Counted from the stretch's first letter, positions 52,050-63,660 are shown. The stretch: DNA of 64,000 nucleotides from Octopus vulgaris (GCA_951406725.2 OX597815.1:74338001-74402000), one strand, 5' to 3'. Notes: generated from the letters alone by a model not told the origin. Numbers and translations are program-made.

Positions 52050-52355
52050 ATGTGTGGCTTAGTGGTTAGGATATTTGGCTTACAATTGTAGGGTTGTGAG
52101 TTCAATTCCTGATGGCACATTGTGTCTTTGAGCAAGATGCTTTGTTTCACATTGCTCCAGTCTGCTCAGATGGCATTTCAAAGGGCCACTCTTGTCACAG
52201 AATGTGTCATACTGATTCTCCCTGAGAACTTTGGTATATACTAAGGGTATACCTGTATGTGGAGTGCTCAGCCATTTGCTCATTAATTTTATGAGCAAGC
52301 TGTTCTGTGGATCAAATCAACTGGAACCCTTGTTGTAACAGCCTGCATGCCAGTT
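52050..52355 (+). mobile_element. tRNA-headed SINE of another family; related heads at about 11805-11880 and 63765-63985
   Basis: A box TGGCTTAGTGG, B box GAGTTCAATTCC, followed by TTGAGCAAGA...TTTCACATTGCTCCAGT shared with the other copies. Confidence 0.7.
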
Positions 52356-52648
52356 GTTGATGATGAAATACAGAAATAGACATCTAATTCCTGGGGGAAT
52401 CTGGGATTAACAAAACAAGAGGGAAAAAAATAAATGAATCATTATAGCAGGTGTAAAGAGTAAGAATGCATCTGAAACTGCTACTGTGTTGATGATGATG
52501 ATGTATTAGTAGAGCTTTCCTTGCTCTGTCAGTTTCTTTGTTAGTAATGTCCATTTGATGTCTCTAGTAAAGAAAATGTCAACACATTTCAACTCCATTT
52601 TAAAGTTCCAATGAGAGAGTATAAAGTTTTTTTTTTTTCTTATTTCAG

Positions 52649-52732
52649 TTGATGAGTAGAGATGAAATCCAAGAAGAAAAGCTAGCTATTCAGAAATCAC
52701 TCCTTCACTTTGAGGGCATCCATGGCCGACCA
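52649..52732 (+). CDS. FAM13A: FAM13-like exon 11 (LMSRDEIQEEKLAIQKSLLHFEGIHGRP)
   Basis: Acceptor tatttcag|TTG and donor CCA|gtaagt. Diagnostic FAM13 motif EKxAxQKxLLxxExIHGRP. Confidence 0.95.
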
Positions 52733-53429
52733 GTAAGTCTTTCAGTTTTTTCTCTTGATCTTATTTCTAAAATATTTCCTTTATATATAATTTTGTAAAA
52801 ACTTTGGTAATCTCCAGATATTGCAGTAACTAAGTTGAGGCTATATTATTTTTGTGCTAGTCTTCAGTAAAAGTTTGATGAATTAGTAATAACTATATTT
52901 ATTACATATATATAGCACAATTATTATGGTAATTCCCTAGGTCACATGGATGATGACAAAAATTTAAAATGAATTTGAACATAAAATGCCTTAACACTTT
53001 TGTTATATTTCTGCTGAAAAACATTGGCTTTGTTTCAATTAGTTTTGAAAATAAGGAAGAATTTATTGAAATAGCTTGGTCATTATTAAGCTAATATTTG
53101 AAACATGAATTAACATGTGAGTTTGATGGAAGAATTTAACTTAGACTACTTTAAAACAGCAGATTGTATCATGGAACTAGTGGTGGTCACAGATGGTTTT
53201 GCATCAGATGGGTGTAACATTGGCCAGCTCTGCTTGGGAGGAGTGCAAAGTTCATACTTTGCACAACATAATTAAGACTACTCTTAGTTCTCCTACATAA
53301 TTGTCCTATTTTGAAGTGATCTAAATTAAAACCTTTCATGCTAATTTATGTTCTAAAAAACAGATTAATAATGCCAGTTATTTTACTAAAGTCTTCATTA
53401 TTTTCAAAATATTAATGACTTGTAAGGAT

Positions 53430-53865
53430 ACTGTATTTCATTATGCAACCATAAAATACTATAAAATATATTAAACATTTTTATAAGTCAATACATTGTT
53501 CTACTGTGTTAGCAGTGCACTGAAATCACTTTTAAGGTTATCTCTACAGGTTTTCTATCGGAATTATAACCAGCACTGATTTCTGTTACAATGTTTTGTA
53601 TCTGAGATGTCAGATGTAAACAAGCAATAAGATCGAAGATGAAAAAAGGGTAATGGGTGCATATGCCATATTTTGGGATTTTTTTTTTGTTTTTTAGATG
53701 GGTGCTGATGAAGGAGCAAAACTCCCAAAATATGGTATACCTTTTTTTCATCTCCATTCTCATTGTTTGTCTACATCCGATGTTTTGGATACGAAATACC
53801 ATTGCGAAAATCAGTGCTGGCTATAATTTCTATAGAATATCTGTAGAGATTACCTTTAAAGTGAT
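53430..53865. mobile_element. Fold-back repeat (about 150-bp inverted arms) with a degenerate hammerhead core at the centre; Penelope pLTR-like
   Basis: Arms at about 53525-53680 and 53723-53865 are reverse complements (ORFs 53509..53802- and 53657..53878+ give similar peptides for this reason). Centre reads GGGTG-CTGATGA-AGGAG-caaaa-CTCCC-AAAA. Homologous to 11900-12115. Confidence 0.7.
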
Positions 53866-54129
53866 ATTTTCCAAATAATTTTTATATATTTATGTATTTT
53901 AACTTGGAGTTTTTAATGAATTTAATAATTTTATGCCTCCCATTGAAATTAGTTGCACAACTCTGCTTTAATATTGTAATTTGAGACTTTCTAAAAAAAA
54001 AAGAAAAATGCCATAAGGAAACTTAAAACATTTTAGGCAAATGCCATATCAATGCATTCACTGTCAGCTGAGCTTTTTGCAAGATTTTACTTTCAGATTA
54101 GAACAGTTTCACTTTATTTACATTGTTAA

Positions 54130-54346
54130 CCCCTTGTAGACGGGAAATGGTATCGACTGCATTGAAACATTGTGTGTGTGAGCAGTGTGATGTCTTGCTC
54201 TGTGCGGTACCGTGTTTTCAAATATACCACACTGAAAAGAATCTGTAAATACACTGTAAAATACCTTGTATGAAAAATGTAGTTACTGAACAGCCTAATA
54301 CCAGCACACAACACAGACTGTCAGTACTAAATCCATCTGCAAGGGG
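54130..54346. mobile_element. 217-bp TTAA-flanked piggyBac-like MITE (third family)
   Basis: TTAA-CCCCTTGTAGACGG...CCATCTGCAAGGGG-TTAA. Confidence 0.8.
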
Positions 54347-55728
54347 TTAATATTTCCATCATCATCATAATGAAGTCAAATAGTTCCAGTCAGAATTTGA
54401 AACTTTGTCACACTGAGAATATGCACTTACTGGGGGTGGGACGTTGTTGGGAGGTGGTGCAAACATGTGGAAGCTTACTTTTTTTTAGCTTTATAACACC
54501 TTTTACCTGAAATATTGAAAATCAGTTCCAATATGACACTTTAGAAAGGTATTCATTGTTTCAAGAAGTGTATTAGATTATTTTTGTAAGTGTGGGAAGG
54601 GGTGAAGTATTCATGAATAAATTCAGTAATTACTGTCTTTGATAGAACAATTTCATTATAATTTTAACAACTTTATTTGTTAATTTTATCTAATATAAAA
54701 GCTTGTCAGAAATAGGTTTAACTCTCTGTGATATTTTTATTAAAATTTTTAATCGATCTCTTAAAAATGTAATGATTTTCTATTTAGTAATATCTCTGAT
54801 GAGAAATATTGCTTTTTTTGTTATTGTTAAATGTTTGTACATAATAAAAGTTATAAAAAAATGTTTTTATATGACTTTGTAATATTTTCAAGTAATTTAA
54901 TTCTCAATTTTTTTAGTAGTAATGTTAATAACAGATTAATTGTTATTTCCTATATGGGTTTTTGTCCAGAACACTTCCAATCACTTTGGTTTCACTTTAT
55001 GATTTAGTTGCTATTTGTACAGCATACAAACCCTATTATATCACTTTCTTTCCTCTTTCATGAGGATATATCTTTCTTCAAGTATTGCTCTCCTCTATTT
55101 AGTAGTTTGCTTTATTTAGCTCTCTCACAGCCTTGCTCACCATCAATACACTTGTTATGCACACTCATACAGTCTTTTTCATATCATCACACCTTGTGTT
55201 GTTTCAAGAACGAGACACTTATAAATAACTTTACCTTTTATTTCCCTGATATAATACACTTTTGTTGTCAGATTTCAATTGAAACAAATCCATCCATTAA
55301 AGAAGAGACGAAAATGAAATTTTGTATTTGTAAATTGTTTTTAAAACAGCCTGTTGGCACTAAATCCTTAAATAATCAAAGAAATTAGTTGTCCTATTGT
55401 TATGACTATCTTAAAATTGAACATTGGAGTATTGACCAATGTTGACATTTACCTGTGGAAAGCAAGTTTTAAGAGCAGCATAAAGGTGAGAGTGAAAAAT
55501 CAGAGGAGATAATTTGTTGAACAGATAACTTGGTGTTACTTATTAAATTTTTGCTATATTGCTATATTCTCAAGCTAAAGTATCTGTGCTGATAGGCTGA
55601 ATTTTCAAACTTGCCCTGTACTAAACTGTTGGACTCATTAGCATGAAATATTTATTGTATTGAGTATTACTTTCAAATCCAGTTGTAAATAAGGTTTTCA
55701 AGTGGTGAAGGGGTTCAGATCTTACAAC

Positions 55729-55869
55729 CAGCCATGGGCAAACTTTTCTGAGGCTGCATGAAATATTGTTCATCATCAGGTGGGCCACACAACTGAAAAC
55801 AATTCAAGGAAAGTTTTCATTAGGTTTGCCATTCAGAAAGTCCTGTAGGTTACAGTTTGTTCATGGCTG
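55729..55869. mobile_element. Small hAT-like MITE
   Basis: TIR CAGCCATGGGCAAAC / GTTTGTTCATGGCTG; TSD unclear. Confidence 0.5.
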
Positions 55870-56098
55870 GCTTAAGCTCTAAAACCTATCATAGCCCAAA
55901 ACTAATATAAAATAATTTTGGATATTTTATAACTAAAAGAGTCTCAAAGGTTGTTTTTTTTTGTCCAACTAAGTGTTATTTTTGTATTTGGGGTTCACTA
56001 TATTTTTTATTAAATACAATATTAAAATTAATATTTCAAATATCCTAATTTGTTTATTTTATATTGTATATTACATGATATTATTTTCCACTTTTTAG

Positions 56099-56182
56099 TC
56101 ATCCAAAATATCAAAAGATTTGATGCGACCACTGTACAATCATTATCGTTTGGTTAAACGAATGCTTGCAAAACCTGCTTCG
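56099..56182 (+). CDS. FAM13A: FAM13-like exon 12 (SSKISKDLMRPLYNHYRLVKRMLAKPAS)
   Basis: Acceptor ctttttag|TCA and donor TCG|gtatgt. Matches FAM13 MKPLYDRYRLVKQIL. Confidence 0.95.
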
Positions 56183-56888
56183 GTATGTTGCTAATTATTA
56201 AGAGACTAATAACCTTGAGATTGTTCAGTAACGAGCTTTTGTTCACACTCATTAAAGGTTTAGAAAATATATGAAATCTAGCATTTAATTTCATTTTGAA
56301 ATCTTAATGATGAAATGTAAGATCAATACTTAGGACTGTTTCTCACTGATGAAAGGAATTTAGCATAGTTATTTCTGACTTGTCTTTTTTACCCAGTCTT
56401 GAATCTCTATTGTTTGATCAGCTGAATTCCCTGCTCCTGAATTGACATGTAAGTGGCTGGGTATTCCTGACATGTTACCCTTAATGTAATTTAACAGGCA
56501 GTATCTGCATGAGACAGTGTGTGAAAAGGATATATACCTGTTGAATTACAGGTACAATCCACTTGATGGGCTTCTATACAGTTTCCAATATCAATCACAA
56601 GTTATGGGTTGACCTGAGATTATAAAGCATGATATCTGTCCAAGGTGCTATGCAATAGGATCAAACCTGGGACCTTGTGGTTCTGAAGTGAAATTGTTAA
56701 CCTTTTAGCCTACTTTATTCAATCAGTAACAATTAAAAACTGTGACTTAGTTTATTAATTAAAGAATTTTCCTCTTTTTTTTTTTTAATTCTACAAAGTT
56801 TTCATGATCTCTCTCTGTACCATGGATGCTTTAGTCTATTCTCCCACCTATTCCAAATTAATACTACACAATGCAATACTGTTTATAA

Positions 56889-57107
56889 CCCTTTAGCATT
56901 TAAGCTAGCCACATCAGGTTGATATATTCAACTTGTTTATCTTCAAACCAGCAAGATCCGGCCTTTCACACCTACCCTACAATGTCATTCTAAAAATAAA
57001 CAATCACATCATTGAAACCCTGAAACTATGAAATGATACGTGATTAGTTCAAAGCAATGTGAATAAATAAGCATTACATATGGTAGAATAATCTGAATGC
57101 TAATAGT
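56889..57107. mobile_element. piggyBac-like MITE family 1, opposite orientation
   Basis: CCCTTTAGCATTTAAG...ATCTGAATGCTAATAGT-TTAA. Confidence 0.78.
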
Positions 57108-57330
57108 TTAATTACCCAACCAGAACACAATTTGTTTCTGTTAGCTCTTATCCAATATTCTCTACTATTATCAAATTACTCCTTAATGACTTTAATATTT
57201 TGTGGCCCCATGAATGTTTCTAAGTATATCTATGGTTTGAATGATAATGGCAAAGAACTAAGTATGCTATCATTGAAAGCATTCTTCAGTTTTGGAATTC
57301 TAAGTATCTGAATAGTTCTGTAGTTTAGAT

Positions 57331-57397
57331 CAGTGGTTTTCGACTACTTTTTGCTGTGATTCCTATTTTACTCCACTGGCTTTCCATAGCGATTTGA

Positions 57398-57452
<55 letters not shown>

Positions 57453-57942
57453 ATAATCCTACTGTAGTTTTATAATTAAATATTAGGAATTTATCTTTTA
57501 CTTGGTTCAGTCATTAGACTGCGGCCATCCTGGGGCACCACTTTGTAGAATTTTTAGTCAAATGAATTGACCCTAGTGATTAGTATTTTTTGTAACGCCT
57601 GGTACTTATTCTGTTGATCCCATTTGCCAAACTGCTAAGTTATGGGGATCTAAAAACACACCAACAGAAGTTGTCAAGTGGTGGGACACACACACACTTC
57701 TTTCAGTTCCTGTCTACCAAATTCATTCACAAGGCTTTCGTTGGCCCAGTAGTAGATGACACTTGCCAAAGGTGCTGCACAGTGGAACTGAACCTAGAAC
57801 CATGTGGTTGGGAAGCAAACTTCTTATCATACAGTCAATTGTGTAAAAAAAAAAAATGTTAATATTTTGTGTATTGTAAAAGTATAAGTAATTTATTGCA
57901 CATAAATTTTAACAACAAAATAGACCCCAGTTGAGAACCACG
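57331..57942. mobile_element. hAT-like MITE with a nested minus-strand SINE (about 57500-57835)
   Basis: Ends CAGTGGTTTTCGAC and GTTGAGAACCACG; flanks gtttagat and atttagtt resemble a decayed 8-bp TSD. Confidence 0.55.
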
Positions 57943-58175
57943 CATTTAGTTAGTGATAATATCCAATGTGCTTATTTATGATAATTAAGAACGCAGTATT
58001 GTTTTTGAAATTTGAAAGCAAAATGTACTGATTTACATATATGTTAGGTTTACTGAAATTCTTTCATACTGATTTGACTACTTGCTTTATAACTTCCACA
58101 AATAGAATTCAGCTGGGAGTTACATTCATTTATAATTATTATTACCTTTGATTATGATTATTATTGTTATAGCAT

Positions 58176-58792
58176 CAAGATGGTGGATTGGCAGAATCCA
58201 CCAAAAAAAAAAAAGAAAGAAATCTCAATTTTATTCTCTCTGATTCATTATGTTCTGAGGTCAACTTTGCCGTTTGTCCTTTTGGGCTTGATGAAATAGA
58301 TACCAATTGAGCACTGTGGTTGGTATAATTGACTAGCCCTTGCCCTCCAAGTTTAGGCCTTGTGCCTATGAGCTAGGAGAATCATTAGCATGCTAAACAA
58401 AATACTCAACGATATTTTTGCCTATTGGTGTGTTTTGAGATCAAATTCCACTGAGGTTGACTTCACCTTTCATCCTTTCAGGGTCAATAGATTAAGTACC
58501 AGTTGCATACTGAGGGAAGGGGGTCAATCTAACTGACTGGCCCCCTCCCCCCAAATTCCAGGCCTTGTGTCTATAGTAGAAAGGATTATTATTATTATTG
58601 TTATTTCTAAGGCAGTGAGCTGGCAGAATCATTAGCATGCCAGGCAGAATGCTTAGCTGCATTTTGTTTGTCTTCACATTCTGAATTCAAATTCCACCAA
58701 GGTTTGACTTTGATAAAATAAGTACCAGTTAAGTACTAGGGTTGATGTAATCAACTTACCCCATCCTTGAAATTGTTGGCCTTGTGCCAAAA

Positions 58793-58838
<46 letters not shown>

Positions 58839-58840
58839 CA

Positions 58841-58883
<43 letters not shown>

Positions 58884-59115
58884 CATCATCATTAAGGTGA
58901 CAAGCTGGCAGATTTGTTAATTTGCCAGACAAAACGCTTAGCAGAATTTCTTGCAGCTCTTTGCACTCAACTGCTGCCAAGGTTGACTTTGTCTTTCATT
59001 CTTTTGAGTTTGATAAAATAAGTACCAGTTGAGCATTGAGGGTAGATGATCAATAAAAAAACAAAAAAAAAAACTCCCCCCTCTCCAAAACTGCTTTGTG
59101 CCAAAATTTAAAAAA
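58176..59115 (+). repeat. Second head-to-tail array (about 4 copies) of the same SINE-like unit with a long (ATT)n
   Basis: Same motifs as 9553-10980; (ATT/ATC)n tract at 58792-58892. Confidence 0.85.
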
Positions 59116-59914
59116 ATGATATTTCTTCATTTATAGTACCAATTCTATTATAGATATATGTATATACATTACACTCTGCCTGTAGCTTCCCTACTATTAA
59201 TATGACCATACCTAATATTAGATGTCTACATGATTTCTTTTCTTACCTGCCAATTCAAACAGACACTTCAAACATGGTATTTCAGCTAACTTGTGATCAA
59301 AATATATTTTACTATTAGAAATCAGCAAACTTCTTTCTTCCATGGAATTTAGCATTGACACAATTCTCTTTTCAGTCTTTGTTGTGTAAGAAAGAGCATG
59401 TTGTTTCATGCCTAATTTACTGGGTTAATGTATGCAAAATACATTAACTTTCTCATCAACTATGTTTAATTGCTTACATAGTTATTTACTTGCTTGATAA
59501 ACAGATTATTTCTAATTCTTTACCCATCACTTAAGATTTATTAGCAAGTTTAACTCACTTCCTTCAGTAATCAGTTGTCTTAAGTAATGGAGACCTCTGC
59601 CACAGTTGAACATACAGTTTCAAGATTGAATAAATACTGTCCATCATTTGTTGAAATGTTGCACATTGGTTAGATCTGGATGACAAAAATCTGTTAATTT
59701 TTCATGTTTTCTTTCTTAGTTATTATATGACCTTTAAATATAATGTAATATTATTTTTCTGAAATAAACACCTTTATTACTAAAATATAACACCATCATT
59801 TTTTAGATATGATATAACTTATTATTTAACTATAATATAACAACTGTTTTATTTAACTGTATATAATGCTGTTTTTACTAAAATGTAATAAATATCATTC
59901 TTATTTAAATACAG

Positions 59915-60001
59915 CCAAGAGATACAACTGAACTTCAAACAGTCCCAGAAGATCAGCCATTTGAACTCACTGCTGGAGTTTCAACATCAGCTCGACCACT
60001 T
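59915..60001 (+). CDS. FAM13A: FAM13-like exon 13 (PRDTTELQTVPEDQPFELTAGVSTSARPL)
   Basis: Acceptor aatacag|CCA and donor CTT|gtaagt, phase 0-0. LQTVPE sits where FAM13A has LQPIIE. Confidence 0.87.
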
Positions 60002-61225
60002 GTAAGTGACATTTGTATATAATACAGTCCAGAAATGTCTAGATTCTGTTTATGTGGTGGAAACGGTAGTCATCTCTTTCTTCTCTTCTTTCTTCCTCTT
60101 CTTCCTCTTTCTGCCTCTTCCCACCCCTCCTTTTCATCATCATTTTGCATCTGTTTCTCTCCATGCCTCTATGGGTCTTACCCATGTAGGTTAGAAGGAA
60201 CAGATCTAAAATGATAGAAGACATTTACTGAAGATGCTACCACTCATTGGGATTGATCTTGAAATCAAGATATTGTGCAAAGTGAACCTTTCAGCCCCAT
60301 GGCTGTTCCTGCATCTATTTTTATAACATTTTTATGTTTACTATTTTATCTTTGCATCTTAATTATTTCTGTCATTTACCTTAAATCATATAAGTTACAG
60401 CAGATGGCTATATTCAAAACCTACTACAAATGCAGGAGTTCAAACTCTGATTGTCTTTGTATGCTACCACCTTTTTCATCATCAATTTTACATCCACTTT
60501 TCTATGTTGGCATGAGTTGGAGGGGTCTGTTCTTTGTGAGCTCCAGGAGTCCCCACTACTCCTTTCTGTGTTTTCTTAGATCACCTTTTCTATTCCAAAA
60601 GCTCCTTCTTTCTTCTTGGATTTTAAATTTCATCAAGATAGTTGGAGGTTAGCTTGTAACATCTTGGTTATTAATATGAGAAGTCTCAGTGCTTTCTAAA
60701 TGTTTTTTTTTGTTTCTTATTGTAATATAATGTTACTTCAACATGAACAATGCTATAAAAAGCTCATTAAATCATTATATTAAATATGGTCAGTACACTC
60801 TGTAAAGTTGTTGGCATTAGGAAAGGCATTTAGTTGTAGAAGCCATACTAAAGTAGACATTAGAGTAAAGTACAGTCCAGCAGCTTGTCAGATCCTGTCA
60901 AACTATCCAACCCATGCTAGCATGGATTGGGAAGTAGAAATATATACTTCACAGTATTTTGTTCCCACCAGCCATCCCAGATTAATAAAACATATACCAG
61001 TCATACACTGGAGTTAAATCAACCAACTGTATACCTGTTTTATGATATTCAAGTATATTCTCCTTTTGCAAACATGTGATAGTGTACCAACGAGAGGAAT
61101 CAATATTTTGATTAAAGATTGACAACTCTGCTAGCACTGTCTTTATTATTCTTTCAGAAATCTATTATTCTTGCTGATGTATAATTTTCTTCTTTCTTTC
61201 TTTTTTTTTTTTTTTTGTCTTAAAG

Positions 61226-61446
61226 TGGAAGAAAACAGTTCATGTGCCTACAGCTGAAATGGAAGATGATGAAAATTTTGATACAGTTGCAGATTTTTCT
61301 GTGACCAGAGATCTAGTTTTAACAAGAGATACAATAAAGGTTTCATCAGCAGCAACCTCTGCCGGAAGTGGATCTCCCAAATCTCGCCTAATGAGCACCG
61401 GAGAAAGTTCAATTAACCAAGAAGCAACACTTCATGAAATGACTAT
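61226..61446 (+). CDS. FAM13A: FAM13-like exon 14 (WKKTVHVPTAEMEDDENFDTVADFSVT...EATLHEMT)
   Basis: Poly-T tract then taaag|TGG (the in-frame acceptor), donor AT|gtaagt. DFSVT and LHEM resemble FAM13A DFMVT and LHAAS. The acceptor position is less certain. Confidence 0.85.
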
Positions 61447-61594
61447 GTAAGTATATACTATACATTTATGTATTGATACGCCTTTGCACTTAAGTAACAG
61501 TTTCAATGTGATCTATGGTTAATAAGAAATAGAATAGAAACACTGAGTTGGAGTAGCTGGCTGACTAGTGGATCCTTTGTAAAATGGCCCCATT

Positions 61595-61830
61595 TCATCA
61601 TCATCATCGTTTAACATCCACTTTCCATGCTAGCATGGGTTGGACGGTTCAACTGGGGCCTGGGAAGCCAGAAGGCTGGCCCAGTCTTAACTGGCAGTGT
61701 TTCTACAGCTGGATGCCCTTCCTAATGCTAACCACTCCATGAGTGTTGTGGGTGCTTTTTACGTGCCAGACAAGGCTGGCAAACGACTACGATCGGATGG
61801 TGCTTTTTACATGTCACTGGCACAGAGGCC
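61595..61830 (-). mobile_element. Short retroposon/LINE 3'-end family with (GAT)n tail; further copies near 11300-11485, 40795-40975, 50403-50590, 51860-52035, 60790-60925 (+) and 32435-32610, 62733-62910 (-)
   Basis: Recurring GTGGTTGGCATTAGGAAGGGCATCCAGC.GTAGAAAC...CCAACCCATGC.AGCATGGA..GATGTTAAA.GATGATG. Confidence 0.75.
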
Positions 61831-62281
61831 AGTCAGGGATAACATTTATAGTTATCATTCTCTGCCTAGTGTGTTATAGGGAGCAACAGGCTCTGTGATA
61901 TTCTAAACAACTATTATTTTTCAATAGCTCAATAAAAACACATTTACTGTAATGTTTGTTGCTACTAAATTAACTTGACATACCATGTAGTCTTAAAATT
62001 CATAAAATATGTGTGTAATGCTGTTAATTTTTATCATAATTAAACATATCCAGCAATTACAGCTTGAGATATACAGGTTAGCCATTCAAAAACATGCAAA
62101 AACAGTTAACTTCACTTCAACCTTTTAGTGTGATGAAAATTTTGACACCAGATAATAGATATTTAAGCCAAGTCAGTAGTCTTTGTGTGTTATTGAATAG
62201 TTAGTCTTTCATGCTGTAATTATTTTAGTTTCTACACACTATCTCAGATCATATTACTTGTCAGATGAGTACATCTCTTAA

Positions 62282-62472
62282 TCCTTTAGCATTTAAACTG
62301 GCCATATCCAGCCCAAATATTTTATCTGTTTTATGTTCAAACTGGCCAGATTTGGCTTCTTGACTATGCTAAAACGTCATTCTAAAAATAAACAATCACA
62401 TCATTGAAATTTAGTTGCTACAAGATACTGCATAAGCATTACACTTGGCAGAATAATCTGAATGCTAAAGGA
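62282..62472. mobile_element. piggyBac-like MITE family 1, opposite orientation (partial copies also at about 465-636 and 29488-29670)
   Basis: TTAA-TCCTTTAGCATTT...AATGCTAAAGGA-TTAA. Confidence 0.82.
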
Positions 62473-62983
62473 TTAAACATCTTTAAATTTACAAGTTTTA
62501 AGCTGTAAATCTTGGAGGTACTAATAAGTTAGTTGCACTGAGAAACCCAACTAAAACAATTTGTATTTCACAAAGCTTGATACACTAAGGTATGTGAATG
62601 CTTTGAATGATCAACCAAGTTCTAATTTATTTTCAATTTTTTTAAAAATTTGTGTGTGTGAAGGTTAATTGATTCAATTCAGTTATAACTTTATAAAGAA
62701 TTATGGTATCAAAGATTGCTTTCCAACTTATTATCATCATTTAGCATCCATTTCCTATGCTGGCATGTGTTGGATGGTTCCACAGAAACTGATGAGCCAG
62801 AGGATCGTTCCAAGCTTTAATGTCTATTTTGGCATGTTTTTATGGCTGGATGCCTTTCTTAATGCCAACCACTTTACAGAATATACTAGGTGCATCTTTT
62901 CATGGCACTGCATGAAATGCTTCTAGAAAATCTTGAGTTTGTAAAATCTTAACTAAAAAATGTTTCTTGTCTACCTAGATGCA

Positions 62984-63375
62984 AGCATGACTGTGTGGTA
63001 AAAAGCTTGCTTCCCAACCACATGGTTCTGGGTTCAGTCCCACTGCATGGCACCTCGGGCCTTAAACTAACCAAAGCCTTGTGAGTGGAGTAGGTAGACA
63101 AAAACTGAAACAAGCCTATGCTATTTTCATGTGAAAGTTCAATGATGATGATGATGATGTATATATATTCATGTGTGTCTCTGTATCTGTCCCCCCCCCC
63201 ATCACTTGACAACTGATGTTGGTGTGTTTACGTCCCTATAATGTAGTGGTTCAGCAAAAAGAGACAGATAGAATAAGTTCTAGGCTTACGAAGAATAAGT
63301 TCTGAGGTCGATTTCTTCAACTAAAACCATTAAAGCCATAGCTACAGTCAAATGACTGAAACATGTAAAAGAATA
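62984..63375 (+). mobile_element. tRNA-headed SINE family 1, tail type A (reference copy)
   Basis: Head GCATGACTGTGTGGTAAAAAGCTTGCTTCCCAACCACATGGTTCTGGGTTCAGTCCC with A/B-box-like motifs, central microsatellite, tail ...CAGTCAAATGACTGAAACA. Homologous to 1520-1680 plus 2945-3145 and to the minus copy at about 57500-57835. Confidence 0.82.
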
Positions 63376-63558
63376 CAGACTATAGTCTGCTTTAGTGACC
63401 AGGCTTACTTGATAAAAGCAATTTATCCAATAATCAATTGATATGATGATGTTAAATTTAGAATTAATTTTAAATACATTGGAGTTAGTTAAGGAGAAAC
63501 AAGAGTGAACAGCTTTTAGAAAATAAAGTGTCATTGATGGTTTTCATTGTTAATTCAG

Positions 63559-63660
63559 TCCTCAACTACAAGAAGAACTGACGAAGACACGAGTTGAGAA
63601 GAGGAAGCTGAGAAAGATTCTTCGAGATTTTGAAAATGAATTCCTTAGTCAACATGGACG
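63559..63660 (+). CDS. FAM13A: FAM13-like exon 15 (PQLQEELTKTRVEKRKLRKILRDFENEFLSQHG); gene continues beyond the window
   Basis: Acceptor taattcag|T and donor CG|gtaagt. Matches FAM13 C-terminal EKKRIRKKLRDFEDNFFRQNGR. Confidence 0.95.

Noticed and set aside
52050-52115. tRNA-like A/B boxes (also 63765-63815 and 62984-63045)
   Set aside because: No complete cloverleaf; they continue into repeated SINE bodies, so they are SINE heads, not tRNA genes.
53509-53878. Two opposite-strand ORFs with similar peptides (ISAGYN…VEIT.KVI)
   Set aside because: Artefact of the inverted repeat, not a gene pair.
55008-55388. 126-aa and similar hydrophobic ORFs (also 60275..60652 and 47022..47378)
   Set aside because: Low-complexity F/L/S/I composition expected from T-rich intron or repeat sequence; no domain motif and no compatible splice sites noticed.
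58674-58980. Poly-Ile and poly-Asn ORFs (also poly-Thr/Val at 10087-10360 and Cys/Val/His/Thr-rich ORFs elsewhere)
   Set aside because: Translations of microsatellites.
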